A stretch of DNA of 64,000 nucleotides, from NCBI GenBank assembly GCA_002898395.1, contig BEHE01000001.1:1-64000 (forward strand), read 5' to 3'. The notes under the pieces were generated by a model. It searched no databases and was not told the DNA's origin. It was given only the letters and a program-made list of their open reading frames with translations. Origin of the DNA: Candidatus Calditenuaceae archaeon HR02. GTDB lineage: Archaea; Thermoproteota; Nitrososphaeria_A; Caldarchaeales; Calditenuaceae. This document shows positions 9,668 to 19,734 of the stretch, piece by piece; position 1 is the stretch's first letter, and every line of letters starts with the position of its first letter. The translations under genes were made by a program, and so were the position numbers.

Positions 9668-9979
9668 CCTCTCGATCTCCCTAAATGAGACGCCTAGACT
9701 CACAACCTTCCTCAATGGCTTAACGATCGTCTTCAGAATCTTTTCAGCATTTACTCTCCTAGTCACAACGGTTCTGCCTTTCTTAGTTAGCGCCCACCTC
9801 CTTGACCTTCGGGTCCCAAGGGGTTTGATTAACCCTTTCTTCTTCATTTTGTTCAGTGAGAGATAGAGTGTGGGCTTCTTCAGCTTCGTAATCTTCTCTA
9901 TGTCGCGTATCGACTTCTCACCCTTGATTAGAGCCTTCATGATTATGGGCTCTGACGAGCCTTTAGGGAGCCTCTTCAT
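9653..9979 (-). CDS. Small basic winged-helix transcription regulator
   Basis: IMKALIKGEKSIRDIEKITKLKKPTLYLSLNKMKKKGLI...WALTKKG wHTH pattern. Confidence 0.75.
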   Translation of the reverse strand: MKRLPKGSSEPIIMKALIKGEKSIRDIEKITKLKKPTLYLSLNKMKKKGLIKPLGTRRSRRWALTKKGRTVVTRRVNAEKILKTIVKPLRKVVSLGVSFREIERLAKG

Positions 9980-10031
9980 GCCGTAGAATTATTAGAGCAT
10001 GTTCTATATAAAATTTATTTTCCCGCTGTAT

Positions 10032-10577
10032 TCAAATAATATTTTGGATTCTCCCTATAAAGTTTTGTACAACCGCTATTATATAGTATTCTATGAAGGC
10101 TGCAGCTAAAATGACCGCAGAGAAAAGCAGCAGTGTTAAGAGATAGTATTTTATTTCAACCCTAGCCTGCTTCTTCAATATCTTGTAGCTCATTATAATG
10201 GAGCCTGTCACCATTCCCCCATATCCTATGAATTCTAAAAAACCGTATACGAGGAATATGGGTAGAAGTGCTAAGAACGCTGGATTAGCATCCGTCATCA
10301 CGGCAAGGGCCGCGAAGTACCGTCCTGTCTCGTATATTATCCACCCAGCAATTAGGGGGCCCGCAAAGGGTAGCGCCATCAATAGTGAGAGGCTGAAGTT
10401 GTTGATGAAGATGAAGTAGGGTGAGTCGACCCCTTTTGCCAGTTCTTCAAGCTGCTGTGAGAGCTGCTTCGCCTCTGACGGACTTAATTCGGCCTGAGAC
10501 CCTAGGATCAGTACCCCATACAAGGCAATCGTGGCTATCATCGTCATTATGAGCCGTCTTTTTATGTTTGGCCTCAT
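10032..10577 (-). CDS. SpoIIM/DUF95 family membrane protein
   Basis: IFINN motif, GFLEF, LAAAFIE. Confidence 0.8.
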   Translation of the reverse strand: MRPNIKRRLIMTMIATIALYGVLILGSQAELSPSEAKQLSQQLEELAKGVDSPYFIFINNFSLSLLMALPFAGPLIAGWIIYETGRYFAALAVMTDANPAFLALLPIFLVYGFLEFIGYGGMVTGSIIMSYKILKKQARVEIKYYLLTLLLFSAVILAAAFIEYYIIAVVQNFIGRIQNII

Positions 10578-10596
10578 GCCATTCGTTCTGCACTTT

Positions 10597-11637
10597 CTAT
10601 GTTTTTAGTTTTGCTAGTTCACGCCTTAGCGCTGATATTTTGCTGACTGGAAGTGGGTCAATGTTTTGCAGGGCTGCATGATAGATACTGACGTAGTCGG
10701 ACCACATTATGGCTGAGAGGACCACTTCCGAGAGTGTTCCATTGAACCTCTCCTCAAACACTCTTTCCCCTAGGAGTTTCTTCAAGAACTCGAGTTGTAT
10801 TCTAATCGACTCGTCCTCCCCGCTCCACCGGTATATTATATACCTGTCCCTCTTAGTCTCTGGGAGAGCCTCGAGAGTATTATGCATAGCTTCTGGCACA
10901 TCGATAACCACGCACGGCCTCTTCGCGTTCTCGTTCAACTGGTTCTTCAAACGCAGAGCCACCGGGTGTAGAGCGCTTTCCGAGACAGCGTGGGGTAGGT
11001 GGTCCAGTAGGAAGATGGCGGCTCTCTTGGCTGAGTTATCGGGTAACTCTGCATGGGCTGAGAACAATTTTTTCACCTTCTCCAGAGACTTGACTGAGGC
11101 TGTTAACTCCTTTTCCGCCCCCTCCACTATGCCTGCGCGCTCGAGTATGGAGACTGCCGCGCCAACCATTTCTGGGACTGCCATCCGAGGGGCCATGCCC
11201 CCCGTCACTTTCACGGTCGGTATTCCAGCATCTAGTGCCAATCTCTCTAGAGAGCCTCCCGAGCATATCGCAACAACCTTGGCACCCTTCTGTAGCACCC
11301 TTCGAGCAGCCCTCAGGACTTCTAGTGTCTCACCAGAGTAGCTCAATAGAGTCACCAAGGTGTTGGGGCCGACCCACGTAGGGATTGATGCTGTAGTATA
11401 TGTTATCAGTGGAGTCTTTGATCTCTGTTCGAAGAGTGTGGAGACTATGTGTCCCACTATTCCCGAGCCCCCAAGACCATAGAAAATGACAAACCCTGCT
11501 TCGGTGGCCGGGATACATGTCCTCTCTGCGGCCTCTACTCCCCGCATGTAGAGCTCCCCCTGACTATCGATCAGCTGTAGCATCGCGTCTATCGATGCCC
11601 TCCTTTTTAGCGACTCTTCAGTGAGTAGAAGATTCAT
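10597..11637 (-). CDS. Bifunctional phosphoglucose/phosphomannose isomerase (SIS)
   Basis: GLGGSGIVG, SYSGETLE, SGG, PRMA, NENAK, PEAMHN; start placed at MNLLL. Confidence 0.9.
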   Translation of the reverse strand: MNLLLTEESLKRRASIDAMLQLIDSQGELYMRGVEAAERTCIPATEAGFVIFYGLGGSGIVGHIVSTLFEQRSKTPLITYTTASIPTWVGPNTLVTLLSYSGETLEVLRAARRVLQKGAKVVAICSGGSLERLALDAGIPTVKVTGGMAPRMAVPEMVGAAVSILERAGIVEGAEKELTASVKSLEKVKKLFSAHAELPDNSAKRAAIFLLDHLPHAVSESALHPVALRLKNQLNENAKRPCVVIDVPEAMHNTLEALPETKRDRYIIYRWSGEDESIRIQLEFLKKLLGERVFEERFNGTLSEVVLSAIMWSDYVSIYHAALQNIDPLPVSKISALRRELAKLKT

Positions 11638-11641
11638 ACCG

Positions 11642-12478
11642 TTACCTCTCCACGCGGACTTCAATGGCGCCAAGCTTCTCAAGCATCTTCCTCACCATCT
11701 GCTCTGCTTTAATCAGATTTGCCTCCGCCTTTTCCCTAGTTAATTCCTCGCCTACAAGTTCTATTCTTGTTGCAGAGACGCCGTCTATGATACCCTGAGG
11801 GTGAGACTTCAAATATACTTTCCCTCTAAGTGATCGATATATTTTTTCTAATTCCTGCGCATAAACAGATTCTGGTACACCTTTTACATTAAGCCATATC
11901 CTGACGCGGTATAGTCGCTTGGCCTCTTGCTCTATCCTCGGCTTAACCTCGTTTTCGAAGATGTCTACCAGTTCTCTTGGTACGCCGGGCAGAGAAACTA
12001 TGTTCACTCCCTTAGCCTTTACTAGGCAGCCTGGTGCGGAGCCTGCATTGTTTCTGAGAGCCGTGGCGCCTTTAGGCATGATGGCCATTTTGAGCCTTGA
12101 TCTGGTGAGCTCTGCGTCCTTTATGACGCCTTGGGCATAGAGCCTCTCGTACCTCTCCTTCAGCATTTTGACAGCCTCCTGGTTCACAACCAGCTTCCGC
12201 CCGACCGCCTTGGCGACGGCCTCAAGTGTAATGTCGTCGAAAGTTGGTCCCAGACCCCCGCTCGTTATTATCCATTTTGTACCCCTCCTCACAGCTTCCT
12301 TAATAGCCTTACTTATCTCAGAGACGTCATCCCTAACTGTCGTGATCCTCCTTAGGCTCAAGCCGAGTTCGTGTAGTCTTGCGGCCAGCCAGCCGCTGTT
12401 AGTGTCTTTGATAGAGCCGTTAAGAATCTCATTACCTATGACGATTATCTCGCAGACTGTGCCTTTCAGCCCTGCCAT
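11642..12478 (-). CDS. CinA-like molybdopterin-binding domain protein
   Basis: IGNEILNG-DTN, SGGLGPTFDDIT, GSAPG, LPGVPRE. Confidence 0.9.
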   Translation of the reverse strand: MAGLKGTVCEIIVIGNEILNGSIKDTNSGWLAARLHELGLSLRRITTVRDDVSEISKAIKEAVRRGTKWIITSGGLGPTFDDITLEAVAKAVGRKLVVNQEAVKMLKERYERLYAQGVIKDAELTRSRLKMAIMPKGATALRNNAGSAPGCLVKAKGVNIVSLPGVPRELVDIFENEVKPRIEQEAKRLYRVRIWLNVKGVPESVYAQELEKIYRSLRGKVYLKSHPQGIIDGVSATRIELVGEELTREKAEANLIKAEQMVRKMLEKLGAIEVRVER

Positions 12479-12519
12479 TTCAAGTGTGTAGACAACTCGC
12501 TAATCAATTAAGATTTAGT

Positions 12520-12535
12520 GGAGTATTCGTACTCC
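12520..12535. promoter_or_regulatory. Inverted repeat GGAGTA-TTCG-TACTCC between divergent genes (operator or hairpin)
   Basis: Perfect 6-bp inverted repeat with 4-nt spacer in the cinA-like/herA intergenic region. Confidence 0.35.
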
Positions 12536-12595
12536 TCCTCGCCCCTCTGCCGCATATAACCTTTTTATCTATTCCCGTATAGGTGGTTGTAGGAT

Positions 12596-14083
12596 TTGGT
12601 TGATTGGAGGAGGCTTGAGTTGGAGCAGATAGGGATCGTGGCTAGCCCGAGCCGCGAGACTGACGCCGACTGCATCCTCCAGGAGGGGAAGGAGAAAGAG
12701 GTGACTTCTGAGACCCTCGTCCTCATCGACAACAGAAATGGTAACAAGGTTCTCGCAGTATGCAGGGGAGGCATGGGCCTCAACGACAACCTCAAGATAA
12801 ACTACTACAACCCTGGTGTTGCCTACGCCCGAAGCGGCAAGAGCGCTAGTGTTGCGAAAGAGTTCTTTAGCTTTAAACTCGTGGTCATCGGGGATGTTAC
12901 AGATGGGGAGATTAAACAGAATAAGACGATCATAGCCCCCGCCTCGCCTGTCTACAAGTTTAGGGAAGACACAAACCCCATGGAGCTGCTCGGCTCAGCC
13001 AGACACACACTCGGCTACTATGCGATGGGGTCTCCGCAATGGAGGGTCCCCATCCTGGCTGAATATATCCCACACCACATAGGTGTCTTTGGAGTCACCG
13101 GCTCAGGGAAATCCTTTCTCTGCAGGTATGAGCTAATCCCGCTCCTAGAAAGGGCAGGATATGATATACTAGTCTTTGACTGGAAGGGAAGTGACTATGC
13201 ACCCTACTATCCAGATTCCGTAATAAGTATGGGGGACATAGAGCTCGACGAGGATTCGGTCTATGAGTATTTGCTGGAAAGGCTTGATAGGTTTGGGAGT
13301 GGAAAAATTGCTGAGACCCTGCAGAGGTATCTTGAGGAAGTAATCTTAGGAGGAGCTTGGCGAGGCTCAGACCCTCATGAAACTATCAGCAGGCTCAAAG
13401 ATGCCATGAAGAACGCTATTAGGGAGGAAAACTTGGAGAAGGGTGGAAGCCTGTCGAAATGGGGGGAGATATATACTAGGAGGGCTGAAAAATATCTCAA
13501 CAGGCTAAGGCCAGACGATGTTAGACCGGTTATGGGCAAGCTGAGCGCGTTGGAGATAATCGAGCGGCTCAGGGAGAAGAAGGTACTTGTCATAGACCTG
13601 AGCTATGGCTCGAAAGAACAGAAGCTCAGCATATTCCTCTCCATAACCCGTCGATTAAAGGAGCTCATGGAAGAGAAGAACAGGCTTAATATCGCCGTGC
13701 TCATCGACGAGGCCCCGCAATACTGTCCCTGGAATCCCAGAGGTATCGAGGAGGAGACAACTAAGCACATAATAGGTCTCGCAGCGCTCGGGAGGTCCTA
13801 CGGACTCTCCCTGATCCTCGTATCGCAGGGAATCGCTGGCGAGATAGGGATTAATGCCGCGGTGAGGCGAAACCTCAATACACTCTTTATCGGAAAGATC
13901 CACCCACTCGACGCCATGGAGGCTGAAAAATTCTTCGCCACATCTTGGATAGGTGCTGACAGCCTGCTGAGACTCCCCGAGGGTCAATTCTATATGGTCG
14001 GAAAGATGAGCCCCTCACCCATCCCCTTGCTAATAACATTTCAGATAGAGGAGAGTGAGAAGATCAGACATGGAAGGCGGTGA
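12596..14083 (+). CDS. herA: HerA-family ATPase/helicase (HAS barrel + DUF87)
   Basis: Walker A GVTGSGKS, FDWKGSDY, Walker B VLIDEAPQY, GRSYG-SQ motif. Confidence 0.85.
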   Translation: MVDWRRLELEQIGIVASPSRETDADCILQEGKEKEVTSETLVLIDNRNGNKVLAVCRGGMGLNDNLKINYYNPGVAYARSGKSASVAKEFFSFKLVVIGDVTDGEIKQNKTIIAPASPVYKFREDTNPMELLGSARHTLGYYAMGSPQWRVPILAEYIPHHIGVFGVTGSGKSFLCRYELIPLLERAGYDILVFDWKGSDYAPYYPDSVISMGDIELDEDSVYEYLLERLDRFGSGKIAETLQRYLEEVILGGAWRGSDPHETISRLKDAMKNAIREENLEKGGSLSKWGEIYTRRAEKYLNRLRPDDVRPVMGKLSALEIIERLREKKVLVIDLSYGSKEQKLSIFLSITRRLKELMEEKNRLNIAVLIDEAPQYCPWNPRGIEEETTKHIIGLAALGRSYGLSLILVSQGIAGEIGINAAVRRNLNTLFIGKIHPLDAMEAEKFFATSWIGADSLLRLPEGQFYMVGKMSPSPIPLLITFQIEESEKIRHGRR

Positions 14084-15353
14084 GATTCCTGAGATCTTAA
14101 AGATACCACGCCCCCTCCAGGATAAATTCTTCAGTGCAGCGGAGGAGGAGGCTGACCGGCTCCTAAAACGTGTCGGAGAGATTGATAAGCTCATTAAACG
14201 CCTCAGCGACGAGGTTGCAAGGGGTATCTCGCCCATCAGACTGAGAAGCGATTGGCGGGATATGACTATAGCCGTTGTCGATGGGTCGGATACGCCTGCC
14301 ATAGACGAGAGGATCGGGGTCAGGTTTGGACTATACGCGGCCGCCTACAAGCTCTTCAAGGGCGAGGACCCCCTAGAAAATGGTGAGGGCTATCTTGGCG
14401 ACCGACTGAATGAGCAGATACGTGTGGGTAAGGAAACCTTCCTCAAGGTGCTCGACCTAGTGACTACTTATCTGGAGAGGATGCTCGCAGAACACCTTCT
14501 TAAACAGAACACCCCACATGTAGACTTGCTTATATTGGATGGCAGCTTCCTGGGGTATAGAACAGGCTGCAGCCTAGTAAAGCGTGAACAAATAGATCTC
14601 ACAGAACCTGTGACTGGAAAACACTTCAGGACCATTTACGACCTGATCTCCGAGATCAATGACCTCACGTTGAAGATAGCTAAATCTGGGAGGGCTGTAG
14701 GCGTCATCAAGCGTGTCCCAACAGAGGCTATTGACGGCTACATAAGATATAGGTACGGTGAAGGCGAGGGTCTAAACCTGAGTGATAGGGCGTTACTGAG
14801 TCTAGTTATGAGTCAGGGCGAAGTCTTCAGCTACGAGAAGTATTTCGGATCCAGGTTGAGGATTGATGCCCTGTCGTGGTATAGAACGGTTTCAAGGGAC
14901 CCAAAGGTCAGGGGGAAAAGCCGGGATGAGATTTTGAAGGAGGCGGAGAGGCGTGTAAAGGTTCAGCTCAAGGCTGACCTGACCGCGCCAGCGTCTCGGA
15001 AAGGAAAGGGAAAAGTTTCGCATGAGGGCATTCTGGAGCTTGCGGACAGTCTGTCGAGATTTTTTGTATTGACTAGAGAGGGGCTTCCGCCAATATGTGT
15101 CGAGGTCCCTAACTCAGTTCTAGTGAGCGAAAACCTATTGGATAATGTATTATCCTACTGTCTCGAAACTTCTTCTCCTGTCACCGGTCTTCCGAAGAGT
15201 TTAGACCTTGTCGATGAACTTGTCTCCCTCCCACGAGGATTGGGTAAGGATTTTGTGACTGAGGTGGAGGCCAGGCTACTGATGCGTGGTGTGGATAGCA
15301 GGAGGCTAATTGCCCTCTTCAGCCGCTTCAATCCACAGAAAGACGAGTATTAG
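14055..15353 (+). CDS. nurA: NurA-family nuclease
   Basis: AVVDGS, LILDGS, GVIKR, SDR, GLP-LDLVD; overlaps herA. Confidence 0.8.
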   Translation: MRRSDMEGGEIPEILKIPRPLQDKFFSAAEEEADRLLKRVGEIDKLIKRLSDEVARGISPIRLRSDWRDMTIAVVDGSDTPAIDERIGVRFGLYAAAYKLFKGEDPLENGEGYLGDRLNEQIRVGKETFLKVLDLVTTYLERMLAEHLLKQNTPHVDLLILDGSFLGYRTGCSLVKREQIDLTEPVTGKHFRTIYDLISEINDLTLKIAKSGRAVGVIKRVPTEAIDGYIRYRYGEGEGLNLSDRALLSLVMSQGEVFSYEKYFGSRLRIDALSWYRTVSRDPKVRGKSRDEILKEAERRVKVQLKADLTAPASRKGKGKVSHEGILELADSLSRFFVLTREGLPPICVEVPNSVLVSENLLDNVLSYCLETSSPVTGLPKSLDLVDELVSLPRGLGKDFVTEVEARLLMRGVDSRRLIALFSRFNPQKDEY

Positions 15354-17068
15354 ACTGGGAGGTTTGTAGCGGCCTTCAACGAGTCATCTATCTCGCCTAC
15401 GTTGTTTGCACGCCGCTTGATGAGGTCTAGAATCCATTGGATCAGCTGTGGTAATGTCAGCCCCTTTGCCAGCCTACCCTTATAGTCTCTGAGAGTTAGG
15501 GTTTCGTTTTCCTCCTCCTCATCACCGACGATAGCCATGAAGGATGCCCTTAACTGGTGGGCTGTCCTTATCCTTTTCTCCAGAGTGCCCTCCACCCAGA
15601 GCTCAGCTCTGACGCCAGAGCCGCAAAGCGCGTTCTTCACCCTCGAGGCGTAATTCACATTCTTCTCACTTACAGGAAGAACCACCAGTTGTGTTGGCGA
15701 CAGCCAGAGTGGCAGCCTCCAGTTATAGTGCTCCAATAGAATCCCCATGAACCTCTCAATGGAGCCGAGTATTGCGCGATGTATCATAACCGGTCTCTTA
15801 AACGACCCGTCTTTATCGACGTATTTCAGGTCGAGCCTCTCGGGGAGGAAGAAGTCCAGCTGGATAGTGGAGCACTGCCACCTCCTACCCAGCGAGTCAA
15901 CAACATCTACATCAATCTTTGGTCCATAGAACGCGCCCTCTCCCTCCTTTACTTCATAGCTCAGCCCGGAGCCTAGCAAGGCTCTCTTAAGCGCCTCTGT
16001 CGCCTCATCCCACCTAACAGGGTCACCTATGAATGACTCCGGCCTCGTCGAAAGAGTAGCATAGATCTCTCCATTCAGAGTTAATTCAAAAACGTAGAGC
16101 ACCTCGCCGAGAATCTGGGTGATTATGTGTTCAACCTGGTCTGGTCTGACAAAAGCGTGTCCATCATCCTGCGTTATGCTCCTAACCCTGAAGAGGCCTA
16201 TGAGCTCACCAGGCTGCTCGTTCCTATACACTGTGCCGAACTCTGAAAGCATTATTGGGAGGTCGCGATAACTTCTGGGCTTGCTTGCGTATATCATGGC
16301 GTGTCCCGGGCAGTTCATTGGCTTAACAACATACTCCTCCCCACGCGCCGTTAGAATAAACATTCTTTCGCGATAATGCTCGTAGTGGCCCGTCTGATAC
16401 CATATGTCTGATTTGAAGAGGTGGGGAGTCCAGACCTCCTCAAACCCCAGCCGCGAGTTTACCTCCCTTATTAGTTTTATCAGCTCATCCCTAATCATCC
16501 TCCCGCGCGCATGGAATATGGGTAAGCCTGAGCCGAGGATGGGGTGTATGCTGAAGAGGTCAAGTTCTCGCCCCATCTCGACGTGTCTTGTCTCCCGCTC
16601 CTCAACGGCAGCGGCTATAGTAGGTTGAGCCTCCTCCACCTTCTTCAATCTGAGCGTCTCATGAGAGACGGTCCTAAATTGCTCAGCCAGGGGATGACCC
16701 TTTACAGAGATGCTGAAGCGCTTATTCCAGCCGAACGGGGCCCTATGGACTTTAAGCCCTAAACTAGTAGCTTTCTTCTCCATGTATCTGACCATGTGTA
16801 GCGCCCTCATGGGAGGGGCTAGAGCGTTGCTTAGATGGGCGTATGGGTATATGACCAGCGTGTCCGCCCCAAGCTTCTCCATGGACTCCGCAACCTCCTT
16901 CAAAAGTGCATCCGCAACCTCCTCGTCATCTCTCTCCTCTATACTCGTAAATAGGACGACGGCATCCCTAACGCTGGTGGCTCTGGGCTGGATCTCCTCG
17001 AAAACTGCACCCTCGCGCCTGACAGGCTCATACTCTATGTAGTCGACATGTAGCTGGAGTGCCTTCAT
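15350..17068 (-). CDS. thrS: Threonyl-tRNA synthetase (archaeal editing domain + bacterial-type catalytic domain)
   Basis: YPYAHLS/APFGW/GHPLAE editing motifs; KPMNCPGH, YRNE, QDDGH, GAFYGPKID, QLDF, HRAILGSIERF. Confidence 0.95.
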   Translation of the reverse strand: MKALQLHVDYIEYEPVRREGAVFEEIQPRATSVRDAVVLFTSIEERDDEEVADALLKEVAESMEKLGADTLVIYPYAHLSNALAPPMRALHMVRYMEKKATSLGLKVHRAPFGWNKRFSISVKGHPLAEQFRTVSHETLRLKKVEEAQPTIAAAVEERETRHVEMGRELDLFSIHPILGSGLPIFHARGRMIRDELIKLIREVNSRLGFEEVWTPHLFKSDIWYQTGHYEHYRERMFILTARGEEYVVKPMNCPGHAMIYASKPRSYRDLPIMLSEFGTVYRNEQPGELIGLFRVRSITQDDGHAFVRPDQVEHIITQILGEVLYVFELTLNGEIYATLSTRPESFIGDPVRWDEATEALKRALLGSGLSYEVKEGEGAFYGPKIDVDVVDSLGRRWQCSTIQLDFFLPERLDLKYVDKDGSFKRPVMIHRAILGSIERFMGILLEHYNWRLPLWLSPTQLVVLPVSEKNVNYASRVKNALCGSGVRAELWVEGTLEKRIRTAHQLRASFMAIVGDEEEENETLTLRDYKGRLAKGLTLPQLIQWILDLIKRRANNVGEIDDSLKAATNLPV

Positions 17069-17146
17069 CCCGTCGCTAAACATCGGACAGAGACTACCCA
17101 TAATTAAAAATATCTCGACGCGGATTATTCGGGCCTGGGAGGTTGA

Positions 17147-17776
17147 TTGCAGCAGCGGAGCAGGAGGGAGCTACAGAGGAGCCTGGTAAACCGTCTGGCC
17201 GGTGGCTTGATTAGATTGTTCGTGGAGCGGGGGGTTTCTCCCTTCCACCTCACCTATTCGTCTTTCACTCTCTCAATCATCTCAGCTGTCTTCTACGCCT
17301 TAACACAGGCTTCAATCCTCTTCGCAGTCTATGGAGGGGTATCGTGGCTTATTTCGGGATTCTTGGATGCCATTGACGGGGAGGTTGCACGCCTCTCATC
17401 CAAAACCTCTAAACAGGGCGCGTATCTGGACTCTATGTTTGACAAGGCTGGAGAGGCTCTCGTGTGCATTGGCATTCTGCTCTCTGGCATAGTCGACGGC
17501 GTGGCGGTGCTCCTATTCTGCGCCACATCCCTCCTCGTGAGCTATGCGAGGGCTAGGGCGGAGGGTGTCGGGGTATCTCTGAAAGGTGTTGGGATAGCTG
17601 AGAGAGCTGAGAGGATAATTCTCATCTCAGCAGCCTCTCTCATAACCCCCCTCTACCCCGCCTCCCTAAACATAGCCCTATACTTCGGCGCGGCTCTGGC
17701 ATCAATAACCGTCGCCTGGAGGACCATCCACGTAATAGGATCTCTGAGGGGCGAGCGTTCCAGCCCCGAGGCATAG
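17147..17776 (+). CDS. CDP-alcohol phosphatidyltransferase (archaetidylinositol phosphate synthase-like)
   Basis: DAIDGEVAR...GAYLDSMFDK signature; SYARARAE, ERAER. Confidence 0.9.
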   Translation: MQQRSRRELQRSLVNRLAGGLIRLFVERGVSPFHLTYSSFTLSIISAVFYALTQASILFAVYGGVSWLISGFLDAIDGEVARLSSKTSKQGAYLDSMFDKAGEALVCIGILLSGIVDGVAVLLFCATSLLVSYARARAEGVGVSLKGVGIAERAERIILISAASLITPLYPASLNIALYFGAALASITVAWRTIHVIGSLRGERSSPEA

Positions 17777-17808
17777 TTAAATTCTCGAGCCACCTCCACA
17801 AATGTTAG

Positions 17809-18366
17809 ATGCGCATACCGGAAGAGTGGAACGCTGAAAATATCGTCATCAACGACGCGGGGCTAAAGGCATACATATGTCTCAAACCCACCCTGCTGCC
17901 TCACTCGGGAGGGAGGCACGAGCACAGAAGATTCGGCAAGGCTGAAGTCCACATAGTCGAGAGGCTGGCAAACATGTTCATGAGACCTGGAAAAAACGGG
18001 GGGAAGAAGTATAGAGGGATACAAATTGTGCTAAACGCTCTAAGAATAGTACAGCTGAGGACCCGGGAAAACCCCCTCCAAGTTCTTATCAGGGCAATAG
18101 AAAATTCGGCCCCCCGTGAAGACGTGACACGCGTAACCTATGGGGGGATAACCTATTTCAAGGCCGTGGACATCTCTCCCCAAAGACGCCTAGATCTGGC
18201 GCTTAGGTGGCTGGCCGAGGCGGCTAGAGCCTCCTCTTTCAGGAGTCCTCTCACGACGGAGGAGGCCTTGGCTAATGAGCTTATTTTGGCGGCAAGCAAT
18301 GACGTAAGGAGCTATGCCATAAAAAAGAAGAACGAGCAGGAGAGAATAGCCTTAGCATCTAGGTGA
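17809..18366 (+). CDS. rps7: 30S ribosomal protein S7
   Basis: PHSGGRH, IVERLAN, ENSAPRED, AVDISPQRR, ERIALASR. Confidence 0.97.
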   Translation: MRIPEEWNAENIVINDAGLKAYICLKPTLLPHSGGRHEHRRFGKAEVHIVERLANMFMRPGKNGGKKYRGIQIVLNALRIVQLRTRENPLQVLIRAIENSAPREDVTRVTYGGITYFKAVDISPQRRLDLALRWLAEAARASSFRSPLTTEEALANELILAASNDVRSYAIKKKNEQERIALASR

Positions 18367-18432
18367 TTTCCTGGCATTACGGTGCCAGAGTGGGCTTAAA
18401 TAGGAGCAGTATTAATTTTAATCGAGTCTGAA

Positions 18433-19734
18433 TTGTCTCAGAAGCCACACCTAAACCTCATAGTGATCGGACATGTAGACCATGGAAAATCGACGACTTT
18501 AGGCCACTTCCTAGTGCTTAACAAGACAATCGACGAGAGGCAGCTGAAGCAGCTGGAAGAGGAGGCTAAAAGACTGGGGAAAGACACTTTTGTATACGCC
18601 TTCATCATGGACTCGATAAAGGAGGAGAGGGAGAGGGGTCTGACGATCCAGCTGAGCTTCCAGAAATTCGAGACAAAGAAGTACTACTTCACAATCATTG
18701 ACGCCCCAGGACATAGAGACTTTGTCAAGAACATGATTACTGGCGCCTCACAGGCAGACGCAGCCATCCTCGTCGTCTCAGCCAAGAAGGGTGAGTATGA
18801 GGTCGGGATCTCAACAGGCGGACAGACTAGGGAGCACCTATTCCTATCATTCATGCTGGGCATAAGACAGTACATCGTCCTAGTTAACAAGATGGACGAC
18901 ACATCAGTCAACTGGTCTAAAGAAAGGTTCGAAGAGGTCAAGCAAGGAGTCTCCTCGCTCATGAAACAGATAGGCATCGACCCGTCGAAGATACCCTTCA
19001 TACCAGTCTCAGGATGGACGGGCGACAACCTAGTCAGCAGGAGCGACAAGATGCCCTGGTATACAGGCCCCACGCTCTTGGAGGCTCTTGACCTGTTCCA
19101 GGAACCCGCCAAACCGATCGACAAACCATTGAGGCTACCTATCCAAGCAGTCTACTCAATTAAGGGCGTCGGCACGGTGCCAGTCGGACGTGTAGAAACT
19201 GGCATCCTTAAGCCTGGAGACCAGATAGTTATTATGCCCGGCAACATTCGGGCCGAGGTAAAGAGCATAGAGATGCATCACACACCTCTGCAGCAGGCTG
19301 TGCCCGGAGACAACATAGGGTTTAACCTGAAGGGTGTAGATAAGTCGCAGCTCTCTAGAGGTATGGTAGCGAGCCATGTGGATAATCCGTGTAAAGTGGC
19401 GGAGGAGTTCGAGGCGCAGATAATCGTGATAAACCACCCCACAGCCGTGGCAGCGGGTTACACTCCGGTAATGCATATTCACACGGCACAGGTTGCAGTT
19501 AAGTTTAAAGAGCTCAAAGCAAAGATCGACCCAAGGACAGGTCAGGTGGTTGAGCAGAACCCACAGTTCCTTAAGACAGGCGATGCAGCCCTAGTTGTAC
19601 TTCAACCATTGAGACCGGTCGCCTTGGAAGCTTACAGCGACTTCCCACAGCTCGGAAGGTTCGCTATAAGAGATATGGGGATGACTGTTGCAGCAGGCGT
19701 TGTGAGAAAGATAACAAAGCTCGCGCCTAGCTAG
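18433..19734 (+). CDS. tuf: Translation elongation factor aEF-1alpha
   Basis: GHVDHGKST, ERERGLTI, DAPGHRDF, NKMD, GRFAIRDMG. Confidence 0.98.
   Translation: MSQKPHLNLIVIGHVDHGKSTTLGHFLVLNKTIDERQLKQLEEEAKRLGKDTFVYAFIMDSIKEERERGLTIQLSFQKFETKKYYFTIIDAPGHRDFVKNMITGASQADAAILVVSAKKGEYEVGISTGGQTREHLFLSFMLGIRQYIVLVNKMDDTSVNWSKERFEEVKQGVSSLMKQIGIDPSKIPFIPVSGWTGDNLVSRSDKMPWYTGPTLLEALDLFQEPAKPIDKPLRLPIQAVYSIKGVGTVPVGRVETGILKPGDQIVIMPGNIRAEVKSIEMHHTPLQQAVPGDNIGFNLKGVDKSQLSRGMVASHVDNPCKVAEEFEAQIIVINHPTAVAAGYTPVMHIHTAQVAVKFKELKAKIDPRTGQVVEQNPQFLKTGDAALVVLQPLRPVALEAYSDFPQLGRFAIRDMGMTVAAGVVRKITKLAPS

Noticed and set aside
12596-15353. Assignment to a named defence system such as Sir2-HerA
   Set aside because: The partner has NurA motifs, not Sir2; no defence-island context
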